Origin: an uncultured Acidobacteriota bacterium
GTDB taxonomy: Bacteria; Acidobacteriota; Vicinamibacteria; Vicinamibacterales; CAVVIG01
Assembly (NCBI GenBank): GCA_963745495.1
Contig: CAVUXJ010000007.1
Span: 165,471 to 229,470 of the forward strand
DNA length: 64,000 nucleotides
Reading direction: 5' to 3'
This document shows, piece after piece, positions 10,520 through 20,176 of the stretch. The first letter of the stretch is position 1; every line of letters starts with the position of its first letter. Position numbers and translations under genes: made by a program. Under the pieces are notes generated by a model. That model had not been told where the DNA came from and ran no database searches. It saw only the letters and a list, made by a program, of their open reading frames with translations.

Positions 10520-12448
10520 TCACGGTGACGTGCTGACGGCCTGAAGATGCATTTGCGCGCCGAGATTGCGATCGTCATGCGAATTCGGGTCCCGCAAGCG
10601 GGGCGTAAACGCCTCCGATGATCGCGCGGAGATCAAGTACGCATAGCCGTTCAGTCCTTGAACACCCTCCCCAGCCGGCACATCGAATTCCGCTCGAGTG
10701 CCGGGTACGATCTGAACTGTCGAGGCCCCGGCGCCGGCAGAGACCGTGAACGTCGTTGTGATGGGCGACGCCGCCGTGACCTTGAAGTGATGAACCGGGA
10801 ACACCGAGCGGACGAGGATCTCGGCGCGTCCGGTTCCGGCAATCCACATGCCTTCAGGCTCCGGCGGGTACGCGTGCTGATCGAGAAAGTACAACAGCAG
10901 CCGTGGATCCCCGTACGGGATTCGCGCCCTCAGGCTTGTATCGAGCCGGATCGGAAGGTCGTTGGGCACAGTGAGCTCGACCGGCAGCCGCCGCGCCCAT
11001 CCCCGTTGGGTGGTTTCCCAGGTGAACTTCGCCGCATAAAACGGGTTGACAAGCATCTTCGCCGTGAACAGCGCGCCGCCGAGCCACGCGAGCAGACCGG
11101 GCAGAGTTGAAGCGAGCGGCGGCGTCAGAAAGAACATCGCCGGATAGACGCTCAGGAAATAGCGGTTCCCTGGCGGCCCCCCGCCGCCGAACCAGGTATA
11201 GGGCAGGAAAATCAACAGCACGAGCGCGGAGACCACGACCCCGACAAAGGTCATCACGCGCCAGACGACGGAGCGCTCGCTGGAGAACAGCCACAGCAGG
11301 ACCGCCAGGACGCCTGGAAACAGGTACGGCACCAGCCCGAAGTGGCGGCCGAACAAGAAGTAGGTGACGTTATGACGGAACAGCCTGGTGATTTCGGAAA
11401 GCTGCAAAACGTTGTCGGCGCCCACCTCGTCTGTGCCAACGCCTGAACCTCGCCGGTCCCAGCTGGCATCGGCCGCTTCGAAGGGAAATCCGGCCGTGGG
11501 GGGCGGCGCCGACCCTTGCGCCGAGTAGAAGATCTTGCGATCGCCCCCTTGATAGTTGAATTCGCCTGAGACCAGCGCGGTCGCGGCAAAGAGCGCGGCA
11601 CAGGCGGCGACGGAGACGGCCCCGACGACAAAACCGCGCAGCCATCGACGCCGCCACCAGAACAACAGCACCAGCGGCAAGACCAGCGGAGCGTTGGAGT
11701 ACGGCTTCGAGTAGGTCGCCACCCCCAGCAGGATGGCGGCCAGCACGTCGGACTCGATGCCTCGAAGCCACCGACTCCGCGGCTCGGCCACCTCCTTGTA
11801 CAGCCAGAGGAAATACGCAACGAATACGATCGAGAAGTTGAAGATCTCAGGCGTCAGGAACACGGCGTAGACGGGCACTTCAGACGCCAGGATGAACGCG
11901 AGCGTGAACGTCAGCGCGGCGGCCGGCCGCGAGCGCGCGGCGAGAAACAGGTATCCGCAGGCGCCCGCCGCGAAGAGCAACAGGATGTGGAACACGAGGA
12001 AGCCGTTCATGCCCAACAGCCACACGAACGGCGCGGACGCAACGGAATAGATGATTCCCTTCCCGAAATAGAGGCGATCCTCGCGGGGGTCGGGCGTGCT
12101 GTTGAAGATGTACAGAAACGGCGGCGTGGCGCGCACGCGGACACGGAACTGTTTGCCGTGCTTGAGGAAAATCCCTTCGGGACCCTGCTGGTAGATCCCC
12201 CAGAACCGATCCAGATCCCGGCGCTCGTACGCGAGGTCCCGATCGTAAGCCATGCTGAGGGCCATTGCGACGTACGTGGCTTCGTCGCCCTTGAGCTTGT
12301 AGCCCGCGCGCGGCACGTCAATCGAGATCGCAGCCGCCAGGGTGACGATGAGCAGAATGGCCCCGGTAAGCGCAGCCGCGCGATGGGACGGCACACTGCC
12401 CGGCGCAATGGCCGATTCGCGGGTCATCGAAGACACGCCCGACATCAT
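10520..12448 (-). CDS. GT-C-fold (PMT/ArnT-like) polytopic membrane glycosyltransferase
   Basis: Intact 642-aa ORF. It has a first-loop acidic motif KGDEATYVAMALSMAYDRDL, more than 10 predicted TM helices, then a soluble C-terminal domain. Confidence 0.7.
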   Translation of the reverse strand: MMSGVSSMTRESAIAPGSVPSHRAAALTGAILLIVTLAAAISIDVPRAGYKLKGDEATYVAMALSMAYDRDLAYERRDLDRFWGIYQQGPEGIFLKHGKQFRVRVRATPPFLYIFNSTPDPREDRLYFGKGIIYSVASAPFVWLLGMNGFLVFHILLLFAAGACGYLFLAARSRPAAALTFTLAFILASEVPVYAVFLTPEIFNFSIVFVAYFLWLYKEVAEPRSRWLRGIESDVLAAILLGVATYSKPYSNAPLVLPLVLLFWWRRRWLRGFVVGAVSVAACAALFAATALVSGEFNYQGGDRKIFYSAQGSAPPPTAGFPFEAADASWDRRGSGVGTDEVGADNVLQLSEITRLFRHNVTYFLFGRHFGLVPYLFPGVLAVLLWLFSSERSVVWRVMTFVGVVVSALVLLIFLPYTWFGGGGPPGNRYFLSVYPAMFFLTPPLASTLPGLLAWLGGALFTAKMLVNPFYAAKFTWETTQRGWARRLPVELTVPNDLPIRLDTSLRARIPYGDPRLLLYFLDQHAYPPEPEGMWIAGTGRAEILVRSVFPVHHFKVTAASPITTTFTVSAGAGASTVQIVPGTRAEFDVPAGEGVQGLNGYAYLISARSSEAFTPRLRDPNSHDDRNLGAQMHLQAVSTSP

Positions 12449-12454
12449 AGTGAG

Positions 12455-12541
12455 AATCTGGTTATCTAGTCATCTCGTTATCTGGTAATTGCATTGATTC
12501 AATTCAATAACCAGATAACCAGATAACCAGATAACTAGATT
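12455..12541. repeat. AT-rich composite palindrome of TTATCTGG/ACCAGATAA words filling a divergent intergenic region
   Basis: aatctggttatctagtcatctcgttatctggtaatt (12455-12490) pairs collinearly with aataaccagataaccagataaccagataactagatt (12506-12541), about 31/36 matches. The spacer between starts 12448(-) and 12543(+) is only 94 bp. Confidence 0.8.
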
Positions 12542-12542
12542 C

Positions 12543-13766
12543 ATGTCTTGCCGTGTAGAATCTGACGCGCTGATGTCCGCACGCACCCCGAGCGACGCTC
12601 GGATGATCGAGGAAGTGTTCTGGATCGTCCTGGGACGGCCGCCGAGCCCCATGGAGCTGCGCGACGAGACGCGCGGCGGCGAGAGAAGCGCGCTTCTGAT
12701 GCGGCTGCTCTCCTCCCCAGAGTTTCAGATGCTTCGATCGACCTGGAAGGCCGGCAGTCGTCTCGAGGGCGACGGCCACGCTCGCGAGCGCGGGCTCCAG
12801 ACGCTCGGCGCCGACGAGGCGTTCGTGCGGCGCGCGTACGACTATCTGCTCGGCCGGCCCGCGGACGATAGCGGGTTGCGCCATTACACGGCGGCGCTTG
12901 CGGCGGGAGAGACACGAACGAACCTGGTTCGCTCGCTTGCGGTGTCCGAGGAGTTCGACCGCCGCGTGCGCGATCTCGCCCCGGAAAGCGCGGTGATCCC
13001 GCGAGACACGCAGCTCTGCGAGCTCGCCAACCCCGCCAAATGGGACAACCCCGAGTGGCTCGACCTCCTGCGCAGCCTCGGACTCTCTGACGACAAGCTG
13101 TCGATGCACCGGAAGCCGTACGAATTCACACAGCTGATCTTCGGCTGCCGGCGCCTGGGGATGCTTCGTGAGGATGCCCAGATTCTCAGCGTCGGCGCCG
13201 GGCACGAGCACGTCGTGTATTGGCTGGCGAATCACGCCCGGCGGGTGATCGCGACGGATATGTACGAAGGCGTGTGGCAGGATGCGGCCGCCCGTGAAGG
13301 CGACCCGGCTGTGATCCAAAGACCTGAGGATTACGCTCCATTCCCGTACCGGCGGGACCATCTGATCTTCATGAAGATGGACGGCCGGCGGCTCGCCTTC
13401 CGTGACGGCGCGTTCGATGTGGTCTACTCGCTTTCTTCCATCGAGCACTTCGGCGGCATGCCTGGAGCCATCGACACGATCCGGGAAATGACCCGGGTGC
13501 TCAAGCCGGGCGGCGTGCTCGCGCTCGCCACCGAATACGTCCTGCACGGTCCGCCTCACGAGGACACGTTTCAGCCACACGAATTTGCGCGGCTGATCGA
13601 TCAACCATTCCTTCAGCTCGTCGAGCCGGTGGACGAGGCGGTGTACCGCCGGTACGAGTACGCGGCGATCGATCTCCACAAGAACCCCTACCAGGCGCCG
13701 CACATGGTGGTGCGCTTCGACGACACGGTCTTCACGACAGTGATGGTGTTCCTGCGGCGCCTCTAG
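12543..13766 (+). CDS. DUF4214-repeat + SAM-dependent methyltransferase fusion protein
   Basis: Intact 407-aa ORF. It has two FVRRAY.YLLGRPADDSGLRHY-type DUF4214 repeats, then VGAGHEHVVYWLA..FDVVYSLSSIEHF..LKPGGVLALATE (Methyltransf_11-like). Confidence 0.75.
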   Translation: MSCRVESDALMSARTPSDARMIEEVFWIVLGRPPSPMELRDETRGGERSALLMRLLSSPEFQMLRSTWKAGSRLEGDGHARERGLQTLGADEAFVRRAYDYLLGRPADDSGLRHYTAALAAGETRTNLVRSLAVSEEFDRRVRDLAPESAVIPRDTQLCELANPAKWDNPEWLDLLRSLGLSDDKLSMHRKPYEFTQLIFGCRRLGMLREDAQILSVGAGHEHVVYWLANHARRVIATDMYEGVWQDAAAREGDPAVIQRPEDYAPFPYRRDHLIFMKMDGRRLAFRDGAFDVVYSLSSIEHFGGMPGAIDTIREMTRVLKPGGVLALATEYVLHGPPHEDTFQPHEFARLIDQPFLQLVEPVDEAVYRRYEYAAIDLHKNPYQAPHMVVRFDDTVFTTVMVFLRRL

Positions 13767-13834
13767 CAGTACGAACGCAGGAAATGGCCGACACAGGGCG
13801 CGTGGTCCCGGAAGCCACTCGAGTTGGGCGCAAC

Positions 13835-13893
13835 CGTCAGCTCTCAGCCGTCAGCCGAGCTCTGCTGCCGAGAGCCGCGAGCTGAAAGCTACG
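13835..13893. repeat. imperfect palindrome of CAGC(T/C)(C/G)T words; probable terminator between convergent genes
   Basis: cgtcagctctcagccgtcagc ... gagctgaaagctacg. It lies between stop 13766(+) and stop 13917(-). Pairing is weaker than at the other loci. Confidence 0.45.
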
Positions 13894-13916
13894 TCGACAC
13901 GACTGAAGCCCTGGAT

Positions 13917-15101
13917 TCACCTCAGAAACGAAAGGTCCGCGCGAAGGATCCCCTGCCGGCGAGTCGCGCGAGAGGTCTGCTGCAATAAGACGTAGAGCTG
14001 CTCCATCTTCCGGACGAACGCGTCGATATCGTACTTGCCGCCGGTCCGACGGGCCGCCGCCGCGAGCCGCGCGCGCTCGTCGGGACGATCGATCGCCCAG
14101 ACGATTGCCTCGGCCAGGGCCCCGGCATTGCGCTTCGGGACAATCATCGCGTCGTGGCGATCCGTCAGGATGTCGAGCAGGCCGTCGGCATCGCTGGCGA
14201 CGATCGGCTTGCCCATCGCGAGCGCTTCGAACGCCGTGATCGGGGTGCCTTCCCACAGCGACGGAAACACGCTCAAATCGAACGCCGACAGCGTCGCCGG
14301 CCACATCGCGGCGAAACCCGGTGAACACGAACCGATCGCCAAGGCCGAGCGCGGCGGCCTGAGCCTGCAGATCGCACAGCAAGGGCCCTTCGCCAACGAG
14401 GTAGAAGCGGGTACCGGGCCGATCCCGGACCACGCGGGCGGCCGCCTCGACGAGATACGAGTTGCCCTTGGACTCGTGAAGCCGGGTGACGGTGCCGACG
14501 GCGAACTCCCCGGTGCCGATTCCCAGATCCCGCCGCGCGGCGGCTATCTCCGCGGCGCTCCGCTCGCGGCTGAACTCCGTCATCGGGACACCGAGGTACA
14601 CGACCTTCACCTTCGACGCAGGGATCTTGCGCACACCGATGACGAAGTCGGCCGTGGACCGGGAGACGGCCAGCGCGATGTCGGTCGACGGGCGCAAGCA
14701 GCCGATCGGCCACCTTCTGAAACCACGGGGTATCGGTCAGGTTGGCGTGCTCGTGGAGAATCGTCGGGATGCCCCGCCGCGCCGCCGCGATGCGACCGAA
14801 GGTCGTCGCGCCGTAACCGTGCAGGTGCAGGATGTCGATCCGCCGCGCGTCGATGAGACGGAGCAGGGCCGGGAGCGTCAGCGGGTCGAACTTGTCGCGC
14901 TCGAGATAGGTGATGTTGACGCCGAGGTCTTCGAGCGTCTCTTCCGACAGGTCTTTCTTTCGCAAGGCTGACGAGCGAGACGTTGAACCGATCCCGGTCG
15001 AAGCGCGGGATCATCCAGCTGAACAGCCGTTTGACGCCGTGCATCCGCGATCCCTCCCATCCGAGGTGGTCGCAGATCTGCAGGACGTTCAGCGGCCGCA
15101 C
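13917..15101 (-). CDS. GT-B glycosyltransferase family 4, about 3 frameshifts
   Basis: Joined fragments: MRPLNVLQICDHLGWEGSRMHG (14607..15101), IDILHLHGYGATTFGRIAAARRGIPTILHEH (14273..14965), VGTVTRLHESKGNSYLVEAAA..FYLVGEGPL (13837..14697), VFPSLWEGTPITAFEALAMGKPIVASD (13917..14396). Confidence 0.75.
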
Positions 15102-15169
15102 GTGGCCTCAGCGACGAGCTGCACCGCCGGTGAGAAGCGGTCTGTCATCTCAAACATATCGCCAATGGG

Positions 15170-16741
15170 TCACGCCCGACGGCCGGCGCTCGCCGGCTCC
15201 AAATGGTCGCCGAGACGCAAGGCCAGCGCGGCCAGCGTCAGCGTCGGATTCGCGCTGGAGCTCGAAGGAAACGTCGATGTCGACAGCACGTACAAGTTCT
15301 GGAGGTCGTGGTATCGCAGCGTGCGGTCGACGCACCCGTGCTCGGGTGAGTCGGCCATTCGTGTCGCGCCAAGCCAGTGGTGGCTTCCCGGGTAGGTGCT
15401 GTGATGCACAATCGTCGCGCCGGGGAGGTGACGCTGAAGGTAGGCGGTGACCCGCCCGACGCACTCGCCCAGATAGGCCGGATACTGGAGCCTGACCTCC
15501 GGGACCGCCTGCCCGGTCGGTTCGATACGACGAATGGAAACCGTGTTGGTTGCGAGCGGCTGCGTCTCGACCTGAAACCACAGGTCGAGCGTCGCGCCCC
15601 AGGCCGCCCGGAACTTCTCCTGGAGCGATCGGCGCGACCCATCTCGCAGCGACTGTCGAACAATCTCGCGGAGAATCAGGTCCCGATTCCCCTCACCGGC
15701 GTCGTTCGCCATCGTCGAACATCGGACTTCCCCAAGCAACGAGACGGGCACATCGGCCGCCAGTTGGGCGAAGAACGGCGTGAACATGGCGGTCTGCGCG
15801 CTATCGGCGTATCCAGGCTTCGCGTCGAACCCCGTCGCGTGGATCGCCAGGTCGAAGACCGGATGGTCCATGTAATACCGGCCAAGGCTCGCATGCTGCG
15901 GGACCGTCGGCGAGCGCTGGAGCAGCAGGCACGAATCGACGCCGTTGCAGGCGACCACGAACTGACGCGCGGAGATGCGATGCCGCGCGCCCTTCTCGTC
16001 CGTGGCGGTGACCGCTGTGACAAGGCCGCCGCCGGTTTCCACCCCTGTCGCCAGCAGTCCCGAGCGCAGGTCGATCGCCGCCTGAATCGACGGGTAGACC
16101 ATGTTGAGGGCCGTCCCCTTCGAATCAACCGGGCAGAGCGAGCACGTATTCGTCGCGCAGCACTTGGGCCGCCCGTCGACGGCGCGGGAAGGGCGCACCG
16201 TTGGCACTGGCACGATGTGCTGGGAACCGAAGATCGCCGCACAGGCCCGGTCCGACGGGCTCAGACGGTGAGCTGGGAGCGGATACGCGAACTGCCCCTG
16301 GAACGGTGTGTGATCGGCGCTACCGCTGATCTGCAGACGCTGTTCGGCCTGAAGATAGTACGGCTCGATCTCGGCGTACGAGATGGGCCAGGCCCGACTG
16401 GCACCCCCGAATGCCGCCTGCCCGAAGTGCGTCGGGTGCATGCGCGGCATGTTGCCGTAGAAGTGATTCGTCGAGCCGCCGAGGTTGTAGACAGGCTGAA
16501 ACACGTACTCGCGCCCGCGCGTGCGTGGCCCCACCGGTTGTGGCTCGTGTTGCGAGAAGTGCGGGCTCTTGTTGAACGGCAGCGGATCGTCGTGCGAATT
16601 CCGCCGCTTCCGCTCCTCGAAGGTGAGGCGCGTGCCTCGCTCGATCATCAGCACCTGGCGGCCGTGCCCCAGCGCACGCTCGGCCAGCAGCATCCCGGCA
16701 ATGCCGCCGCCGAGGATACAGAGATCACCTTCGATGTTCAT
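15170..16741 (-). CDS. GMC-family FAD oxidoreductase, tandem copy 1
   Basis: Intact 523-aa ORF. N-terminal DLCILGGGIAGMLLAERAL..MIERG (FAD fold), C-terminal HHWLGATRMADSPEHGCVD..NLYVLSTSTFPSSSSANPTLTLAALALRL. Confidence 0.85.
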   Translation of the reverse strand: MNIEGDLCILGGGIAGMLLAERALGHGRQVLMIERGTRLTFEERKRRNSHDDPLPFNKSPHFSQHEPQPVGPRTRGREYVFQPVYNLGGSTNHFYGNMPRMHPTHFGQAAFGGASRAWPISYAEIEPYYLQAEQRLQISGSADHTPFQGQFAYPLPAHRLSPSDRACAAIFGSQHIVPVPTVRPSRAVDGRPKCCATNTCSLCPVDSKGTALNMVYPSIQAAIDLRSGLLATGVETGGGLVTAVTATDEKGARHRISARQFVVACNGVDSCLLLQRSPTVPQHASLGRYYMDHPVFDLAIHATGFDAKPGYADSAQTAMFTPFFAQLAADVPVSLLGEVRCSTMANDAGEGNRDLILREIVRQSLRDGSRRSLQEKFRAAWGATLDLWFQVETQPLATNTVSIRRIEPTGQAVPEVRLQYPAYLGECVGRVTAYLQRHLPGATIVHHSTYPGSHHWLGATRMADSPEHGCVDRTLRYHDLQNLYVLSTSTFPSSSSANPTLTLAALALRLGDHLEPASAGRRA

Positions 16742-16779
16742 TCTCGGAAGCGACCGTCATCTCAGGAACATTCGCCCGA

Positions 16780-18351
16780 TCAGCCTCGAGGGTCCGCATT
16801 CGCGGGCTTCAAGTGGTCGCCGAGGCGCAAAGCCAGTGCCGCCAGCGTCAGCGTCGGGTTCGCGCTGGAACCCGAGGGAAACGTCGAGGCCGACAGCACG
16901 TACAGATTCTGGAGGTCGTGGTATCGCAGCGTGCGATCGACACAGCCCTGCTCGGGCGAGTCGGCCATTCGGGTAGCGCCCAGCCAGTGGTGGCTCCCCG
17001 GGGAGGTGCTGTGATGGACAATCGTGGAACTCGGCAGGTGACGCCGAACGTAGGCCGTGACGCGCTCCACGCATTCGCCCAGATAGGCGGGGTACTGGAG
17101 CTTGATATCCGGGATCGCCTGCCCGTTCGGTTCGATGCGGCGAATGGAAACGGTATTCGTCGCGAGCGGCTGCGTCTCGACCAGAAACCACAGGTCGAGC
17201 GTCGCGCCCCAGGCCGCGCGGAACTTTTCCTGCAGCGAGGCGCGCGACCCGTCTCGAAGCGATTGCCGAACGACCTCGCGGAGAATCACGTCCCGATTCC
17301 CTTCACCCGCCCGGTTTGCCATCGTCGAGCACCGGATTTCGCCCAGCAACGAGACGGGCACATCCGCCGCCAGCTGGTCGAAAAACGGCGTGAACATGGC
17401 GGTTTGGGCACTATCGCCGTATCCAGGCTTCGCGTCGAACCCCGCCCCATGGATCGCCAGGTCGAGGACCGGATGGTCCATGTAATACCGGCCAAGACTC
17501 GCATGCCGCGGGACCGCCGGCGATCGCTGCAACAACAGGCACGAATCAACCCCGTTGCAGGCGACCACGAACTGCCGCGCGGCGATGCGATGCCGGGCTC
17601 CCTTCTCGTCCACGGCGGTAACCGATGTGGCGATGCCGGCCCGGACCTGCACCTCGGTTGCCAGCAGTCCCGAACGCAAGTCGATCCGATTCTGAATCGA
17701 GGGGTAGACCATGTTGAGGGCCGTCCCTTTCGAATCGACCGGGCAGAGCGAGCACAGGTTGGTCGCGCAGCATTGGGGCCGCCCGTCGACGGCGCGGGAG
17801 GGGCGTACCGTCGGCACCGGCACGACGTGCTGGGCGCCGAAAATCGCCGCACAGGCCCGGTCCGACGGGCTCAGGCGGTGAGCAGGGAGCGGATAGGCGA
17901 ACTTCCCCTGGAATGGTGTGTGATCGGCGCTACCGCTGATCTGAAGCCGCTGCTCGGCCTGTAGGTAATACGGCTCGATCTCCGCGTACGAGATGGGCCA
18001 CGCCCGATTGGCACCGCCGAACGCCGCCTGCTCGAAGTGCGTCGGGTGCATGCGCGGCATGTTGCCGTAGAAATGATTGGTCGAGCCGCCCAGGTTATAG
18101 ATGGGGTGAAACACGTACCGCTGACCACGCGTCCGCGGCCCGATCGGTTGCGGCTCGTGCGGCGAGGAGTGCGGACTCCTGTTGAACGGCAGCGGATCGT
18201 TGTGCGAATTCCGCTGCTTTCGTTCCTCGAAAGTGAGACGCGTGCCGCGCTCGATCATCAGCACCTGGCGGCCGTGCGCCAGCGCACGCTCGGCCAGCAG
18301 CATGCCGGCAATACCGCTGCCGAGGATACAGAGATCGCCCTCGAGGTTCAT
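16780..18351 (-). CDS. GMC-family FAD oxidoreductase, tandem copy 2
   Basis: Internal ATG 18351 (MNLEGDLCILGSGIAGMLL) of ORF 16780..18612. It is the same 1572-nt length as copy 1 and roughly 85-90% identical by eye. The start overlaps the upstream stop as ATGA. Confidence 0.85.
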   Translation of the reverse strand: MNLEGDLCILGSGIAGMLLAERALAHGRQVLMIERGTRLTFEERKQRNSHNDPLPFNRSPHSSPHEPQPIGPRTRGQRYVFHPIYNLGGSTNHFYGNMPRMHPTHFEQAAFGGANRAWPISYAEIEPYYLQAEQRLQISGSADHTPFQGKFAYPLPAHRLSPSDRACAAIFGAQHVVPVPTVRPSRAVDGRPQCCATNLCSLCPVDSKGTALNMVYPSIQNRIDLRSGLLATEVQVRAGIATSVTAVDEKGARHRIAARQFVVACNGVDSCLLLQRSPAVPRHASLGRYYMDHPVLDLAIHGAGFDAKPGYGDSAQTAMFTPFFDQLAADVPVSLLGEIRCSTMANRAGEGNRDVILREVVRQSLRDGSRASLQEKFRAAWGATLDLWFLVETQPLATNTVSIRRIEPNGQAIPDIKLQYPAYLGECVERVTAYVRRHLPSSTIVHHSTSPGSHHWLGATRMADSPEQGCVDRTLRYHDLQNLYVLSASTFPSGSSANPTLTLAALALRLGDHLKPANADPRG

Positions 18352-18680
18352 TCTCGGAGCAGGCCGTCGCAGACCGTGCGCCGGTTGGAAACCTGCCCAT
18401 AGCCGACGAATGCCATGAGACGCGACCTCGGGGCCAGCACTTTCGTCAGGAGTGCGACGGCGCGAGGGGTCGCTGGGTCCGCACTCGTCAAGGCGGCGTA
18501 GAGGTCGGTTTGTTCGACGTCGTCGAGGACAGCCAACCAGTCCGCCTGGTCCGCGACGAGTCCGAGCAGACGCGTCAGGCCGTCGCGTGGCGTTTCGATG
18601 GAGCCCGCGCATCCGGCCAGCCCGGCCGCCGCGACGCCGCCGAGCAGCGACAACAGTGTTCTTCGATCGAGCTCGGTCAT
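18348..18680 (-). CDS. Tat-signal small subunit (gluconate 2-dehydrogenase subunit 3-like) partnering the GMC oxidoreductases
   Basis: ATG 18680: MTELDRRTLLSLLGGVAAAGLAGCAGS.. (twin-arginine-like RR plus hydrophobic region), 110 aa, tail of ORF 18348..19067. Confidence 0.65.
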   Translation of the reverse strand: MTELDRRTLLSLLGGVAAAGLAGCAGSIETPRDGLTRLLGLVADQADWLAVLDDVEQTDLYAALTSADPATPRAVALLTKVLAPRSRLMAFVGYGQVSNRRTVCDGLLRE

Positions 18681-18753
18681 TCGACTTGACGCGGCCACCC
18701 GACGCGCACCGGTCAGGCCCCGAAGGGCTCGCCGGTGCGATCGAGGCCTATCG

Positions 18754-19870
18754 CTAGTGGTTGGCAAATCCCGGGCGAGGCCGACCGGAAACCCACACCT
18801 GCCGGATGGTGACATGATCGACCGACGCGCCCGCCGGTCCGCTCCGTCCCACTGGCGCACCGATGTAGATGACGTGCGGGTTGGGATCGTATGGGTCGCC
18901 CCGAAACGGCTTGCCGAAGTTGTAGATCGTCCGACCGACAACCCCGCCTTCGTTGATACGCAGGTCGAAGCGGTTGTTCCGCCAGGTGGCCTGCCAGAAA
19001 TAGTGCTGGTTCTGATCGAAATCGACCTGGACGCGCTCGGCGTCTCCCGTCGTTTCGATTTGATCATTGTGGGTAATCATCCGCCAGGCGATGACGCCCG
19101 CCGGATCACCGCGCTTCTCCACCGTCATGCGTCGATCGTTTGTGACGATGTCCCCGTAGCCCTCGGCCATCGCGAACAGCTTCGTCTTGTCCCCTTCGGT
19201 ATTCGTGGGCATGTCGGTGATGAGGATCGAGAACTCGCCCTCCAGGAGTGTCTGTGGCAACTGGTAGCTGATGTAGCTCAACTGAGACTCGAGCCTGACC
19301 CCTTTTCCGGGAATGAACGTCAGCGGCCCGTGAGGTACACCGACGGTCTTGCCGTTGACGAGCGGATCGTAGAGCTCATTCCCCCGGATATAGCCCGTCG
19401 TGTTGGGCGCGATGAACGAGGCGGAGGCCGACCATGGACCGGGTTGACCTTCGAACTCCGCTCGCGCCCGCCAATCGTACCGCTGGTCGCCTTCGAGCGT
19501 GAGCGTGTCCGGAACAAGGTGGGATGTCGTGCCCGCCGATCCTCCGGCGATCAGCGACGAGCTATATTCGCGAGCCCCGGAGACATTGTAAATCTCGAAC
19601 CGATAGCTCAGCGCCGCCGGCGTCCCGAACGTCCATCGACGCGTTGGTGACGACCAAGACGAGGTCGTTATCAGCCGGCTTCTGATTGTTGATCGGCGAC
19701 TGTGGGGTCGGAGCGGTCGCCTTGAGCGTCGAGCCGTCAGCCGCAGCGCCGGCTGCCCCTGGACGCACGCCACTCGGCGAGGCGGGGTTCGGCGACGACT
19801 TGCTGCAGCCAGCGACGAGTCCCAGCGCGGATGAACTGATGATTGCGAGCCACAACTTCGTACCTACCAT
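18754..19870 (-). CDS. lipoprotein with Fn3-like N-domain and concanavalin/LamG-like C-domain, one frameshift near 19640
   Basis: Lipobox MVGTKLWLAIISSSALGLVAGC (ORF 19562..19870) joined to ORF 18754..19773 (..YRFEIYNVSG..DQRYDWRARAEFEGQPGPWSASASF..GNELYDPLVNGKTVG..). Confidence 0.65.
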
Positions 19871-19991
19871 TCAGAGTTCTCCCAGAAAAACGGCTAATGA
19901 TCGGGTCGTATGAGCAGGGGGGCTGGATCGTAATGATACACAACAATGACCGGCAGCGAAAGAAAGAACGCCGTCTCACACCGCGATCTTG

Positions 19992-20021
19992 TTGACAGAC
20001 AGCAGGATCGGCGACTAGACT
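19992..20021 (+). promoter_or_regulatory. candidate sigma70-type promoter for lipoprotein gene 20177
   Basis: TTGACA (19992-19997), 18-nt spacer, TAGACT (20016-20021), in the 306-bp divergent spacer. Sequence match only. Confidence 0.25.
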
Positions 20022-20176
20022 TCGATCAGCCCTCCCCGACAGCCCGCGGCCGGGCCTCCCAGCCCTTGCCGCAACTTTGACAACGATTCGTAAAGACGTG
20101 CGCGGGATTGATCCGATAGTCCGGGTAGTCCCCGGACACGTCTGCTGATTCTGCAGCCGCGGCGTGAGTTGAAGAC

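Noticed and set aside
12504-13703. Long antisense ORFs (12504..13703 -, 15377..17014 +, 16813..17964 +, 37746..39887 -, 45618..47138 +, 48225..49181 +, 61267..62721 +, 33684..34403 +)
   Set aside because: Each lies opposite a gene with strong family signatures. The compositions are typical of high-GC shadow frames (R, P, A, G, D and H excess), and none has an SD or a recognisable domain.
16780-18612. 87-codon N-terminal extension of GMC copy 2, and similar extensions of 33459..35612, 57252..58001, 58717..59517 and 59581..60954
   Set aside because: The extensions overlap upstream genes or intergenic repeats and are low-complexity. Internal ATGs give N-termini that match the paralog or family (MNLEGDLCILG, MRVVLFSGG, MKPMRK, MDHFDF, MSGGKR), often with a 4-nt overlap to the upstream stop.
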